This document shows, piece after piece, positions 61,619-64,000 of a DNA stretch of 64,000 bases. Position numbers and translations under genes: made by a program. The notes below the pieces were generated by a model that did no database searches, was not told the DNA's origin, and saw only the letters and a program-made list of their open reading frames with translations. Source of the DNA: Paramoeba atlantica (lineage: Eukaryota; Protista; Discosea); contig CDRNVI010000139.1 of the NCBI GenBank assembly GCA_977017575.1, positions 62,001 through 126,000 on the forward strand, given 5' to 3'. Each line of letters starts with the position of its first letter. Positions within the stretch are counted from its first letter, which is position 1.

Positions 61619-63799
61619 TTAAAGTTTTCCATTGAAGGGAGGCCAAGGGGGAGATCTCTTCAAATCCCACTCATCAAACTTTAATTCTCTATCTTCAGGA
61701 AGATGCTCAAAATATTTTTGAACCTGACTTAAGAGCTTCAGAATTGGGTATCGGATAAAAAGAGAGATCAAACAAACCGCTTTTTGAGAGACTTCTGAGA
61801 GAGATGGAGGATTCCATTGTGGGTTGGGATCACGGGTAATTAAAGTTGCCTTCACTCCAGTAAAGAAATCCTTATTTTTCTATTTCCTCATTTGAGCCTC
61901 ATGAAATACACACCACAAAAAAGTTTTTGAGAGAGAAAAGAACCATAAAGGTTTGGGACATTCGATATTCCATTTTGAGACACTCAACAAGAGACAAAAA
62001 TTTCCCAGTTTGCAATGACATTAAAACAACCTGAAAAAAAATCAAAACCATTCAATCAAAAGGAAGAAAGCGAAAAATCTTACTTTTAAACTTGTTGGAG
62101 AAGCTTTGTTGAGTCCTTTGATGGCCAACGCAGCCCACTCTTCTTCTTTGTATTCATTCAATCTTTCCAAGATTTCTTCCACTTCAAGAGCCCCAAAACA
62201 TTTTTCAATTTTCCTGAGAATTCGGGAACATTCAGTGAACTTTGTCTAAAAAAAAATCCCCTAAAAGAGAGAGAGAGAGAGAGAGAAACTCAATAATGGA
62301 GGGTGAATATTTTGATTCTGGAAGACTTTCAGTATGTTTCGCCAAAGCAGCTTCCAAGTTGGCCTCATCATCAATTCCTAGAAAGAAAATTAAATTCAAA
62401 AAGGTTTCAAAAAAAAGGAAGAATCAAATGGGGATGAGACCTTTGAGTGATTCTTCCAGTTCTTGAGAATGTTCAGGACAATAATGAGTGGCAATTCCAA
62501 AATGAACAAGATCAGCCCCCTTCAAACGAGCTGGAAAATAACTCAAAAAAATATTATTTGAAAATAAAATGAAAATCAAGAGACCTCCAGTCAATCCAAG
62601 AAAGACTCCAAAGTTGTGAGGAAGACGAGACAAAAAAAACGACCCTCCAACCTAAGCAGCCCATTTGTTTTGATTAAAAAAAGAATCCAATGAAAAACAA
62701 CATTTGAAAAGAAAAACAAAACATCGCAAAAGAAGCCAATTGCAGTCTCAGGCATGGCAAAAACAGAAGAATTGAATGCAACTCTCACTTTTCCATGAAC
62801 AGAAAGACCAACTCCCCCTAAGATATTCATTTCAGAGATTGAAAAAAGAGGAGAATGAAAAAGAAAGAAAAGAGAACCTCCCATTGTAATCCCATCAAGA
62901 AGAGCGACTTGAGGAGTTGTAAGTTGAGCAATTCGATTATTTAATTTATATTCTTCATAAAAGAATTCTTTGGTGATATTGGGGTCAGATCCTTCTTCTT
63001 TTATTCCTGAGATTCTTCATCAATGATTTCCAAAGAAGAAAAAGTTCGAGTTCGAGTTCGAATTCTTATCATTTTGGAATCTTTTCGAAAATGAGGGGTA
63101 AAATGAAACCACTATCATAAATTGCCCGAATATCTCCTCCCGCACAGAAAGCCTGAGCAATAAAAATGCATATTAAAATGCAAAATTTTTTAATTTAATT
63201 CTATATATTCAAAAAAAATAATAATCAAAGTAAAGAGAAAAGACCTTTTGTCCAGTCCCTTGAAGAACAATCACTTTTTCTTGTGCGTCTTCCTCCCATT
63301 TCTATTCCCAATTGAAAATCAGAAAAACAAGGGAGGAAAAAACATCTTTCAAGAAAAAGAAAAAAGAAAAGAAGAAAAAGAAAACTTGATAGTTTGGATA
63401 AAGATATCGAATCTGAGGAAGGTTAAGAGCATTCAAAGCCTTTGGTCTTTAAATTTCAAAAAAAAAATGTTTCAGATCAGAGAGAGAGAGAGAGAGAGGA
63501 AGGAAAAAGAAAGAAAAACCGATTTAAGGTGACAAATCGAGCATTTCCCAATTTTTCTGTCAAAACTTCTCCCTCTGCTTCCTGTTTTGTTTTTTTTTTC
63601 ATCACCTTTTCTCTGTTGTTTCTTTTCTCTTTTTTTGCTTCTCTTCTCATCTTTTTCTTTTTTTTCGCTTGGAAAGTTTGAGAAAAACCCGAAGAGGGGA
63701 AGAAGTTGAAAAAGTGGCCATCAAACGACCAACCCTCAAGCAACTTCGAAGAGAAAGAGAAGAAGAAGAAGGCCCAAACAATGAACAAACTCCCAACAT
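61619..63799 (-). CDS. HIBCH: 3-hydroxyisobutyryl-CoA hydrolase, with a mitochondrial-type presequence
   Basis: VTLNR|[25 protein letters not shown]|[52 protein letters not shown]; Ser/Arg-rich N-terminus [22 protein letters not shown]. Confidence 0.93.
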
Positions 63800-64000
63800 C
63801 CCCCAAATTCGAAGAAGAGAAAAAGGAAAGAAAAAAGATACGGTTTTTCGATACCAAAAAAAAGCGATAAAATCCTTTTTGGTGGTGCCTTTTTTTGCTC
63901 CCAAATCGTTGGTAATTTTCTTTTTGGGCAACGGAAAAGGTTTGGCTAGTTCTGGCGAGCGTTCCAACGGAACTGTTCTCAGCCCTCGGCGGCCGGCGAG

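Noticed and set aside
61619-61630. HIBCH C-terminal -GKL as a peroxisomal signal
   Set aside because: Gly at -3 is outside the standard PTS1 consensus, and the protein has a mitochondrial-type presequence.
63044-63065. (GTTCGA)x3 resembling a tRNA T-loop or B-box in a HIBCH intron
   Set aside because: No cloverleaf or A-box nearby; a simple hexamer repeat.
63800-64000. Minus-strand ORF fragment at the window edge
   Set aside because: Too short and truncated; it cannot be told apart from HIBCH upstream sequence.
1-64000. Stop-codon reassignment or selenocysteine readthrough
   Set aside because: TAA, TAG and TGA all end genes at plausible positions, and the apparent in-frame stops I checked were explained by GT-AG introns.

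Overview
Gene-dense eukaryotic DNA, AT-rich, with many short (mostly about 30-90 bp) T-rich GT-AG introns and the standard genetic code. The ORF track mostly shows single exons or antisense low-complexity artefacts, so genes were rebuilt by hand and splice-dependent boundaries are approximate. The gene content (two RasGEFs, a Frizzled/Smoothened-like receptor, an ADA2/ADGF-type deaminase, a Diaphanous-type formin) suggests an amoebozoan-like protist; this is inference. In order: a 5'-truncated RasGEF with tRNA-Ser(GCU) in an intron; an ADA2-like deaminase; two tandem paralogues encoding a polytopic membrane protein with a C-terminal HxD...H 2OG-Fe(II)-oxygenase-like domain, with a frameshifted SAP-like fragment between them; a small GTPase with degenerate G1/G3/G4 motifs; a flavin amine oxidase ending in -AKL; an LRR/F-box/RasGEF gene; a UFD2/UBE4 U-box ligase with an N-terminal hydrophobic anchor; three copies of a DUF7796-like type II membrane protein; a CRD-containing class F-like GPCR; an orphan gene; MED12 head-to-head with a formin; an MFS transporter with an inverted, deletion-collapsed copy beside it; and HIBCH. 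No CRISPR array, rRNA or intact transposon was seen. The best candidates for something undescribed are the membrane/oxygenase paralogue pair, the pseudo-GTPase, the duplicated FH1 acceptor in the formin, and the DUF7796-like family.
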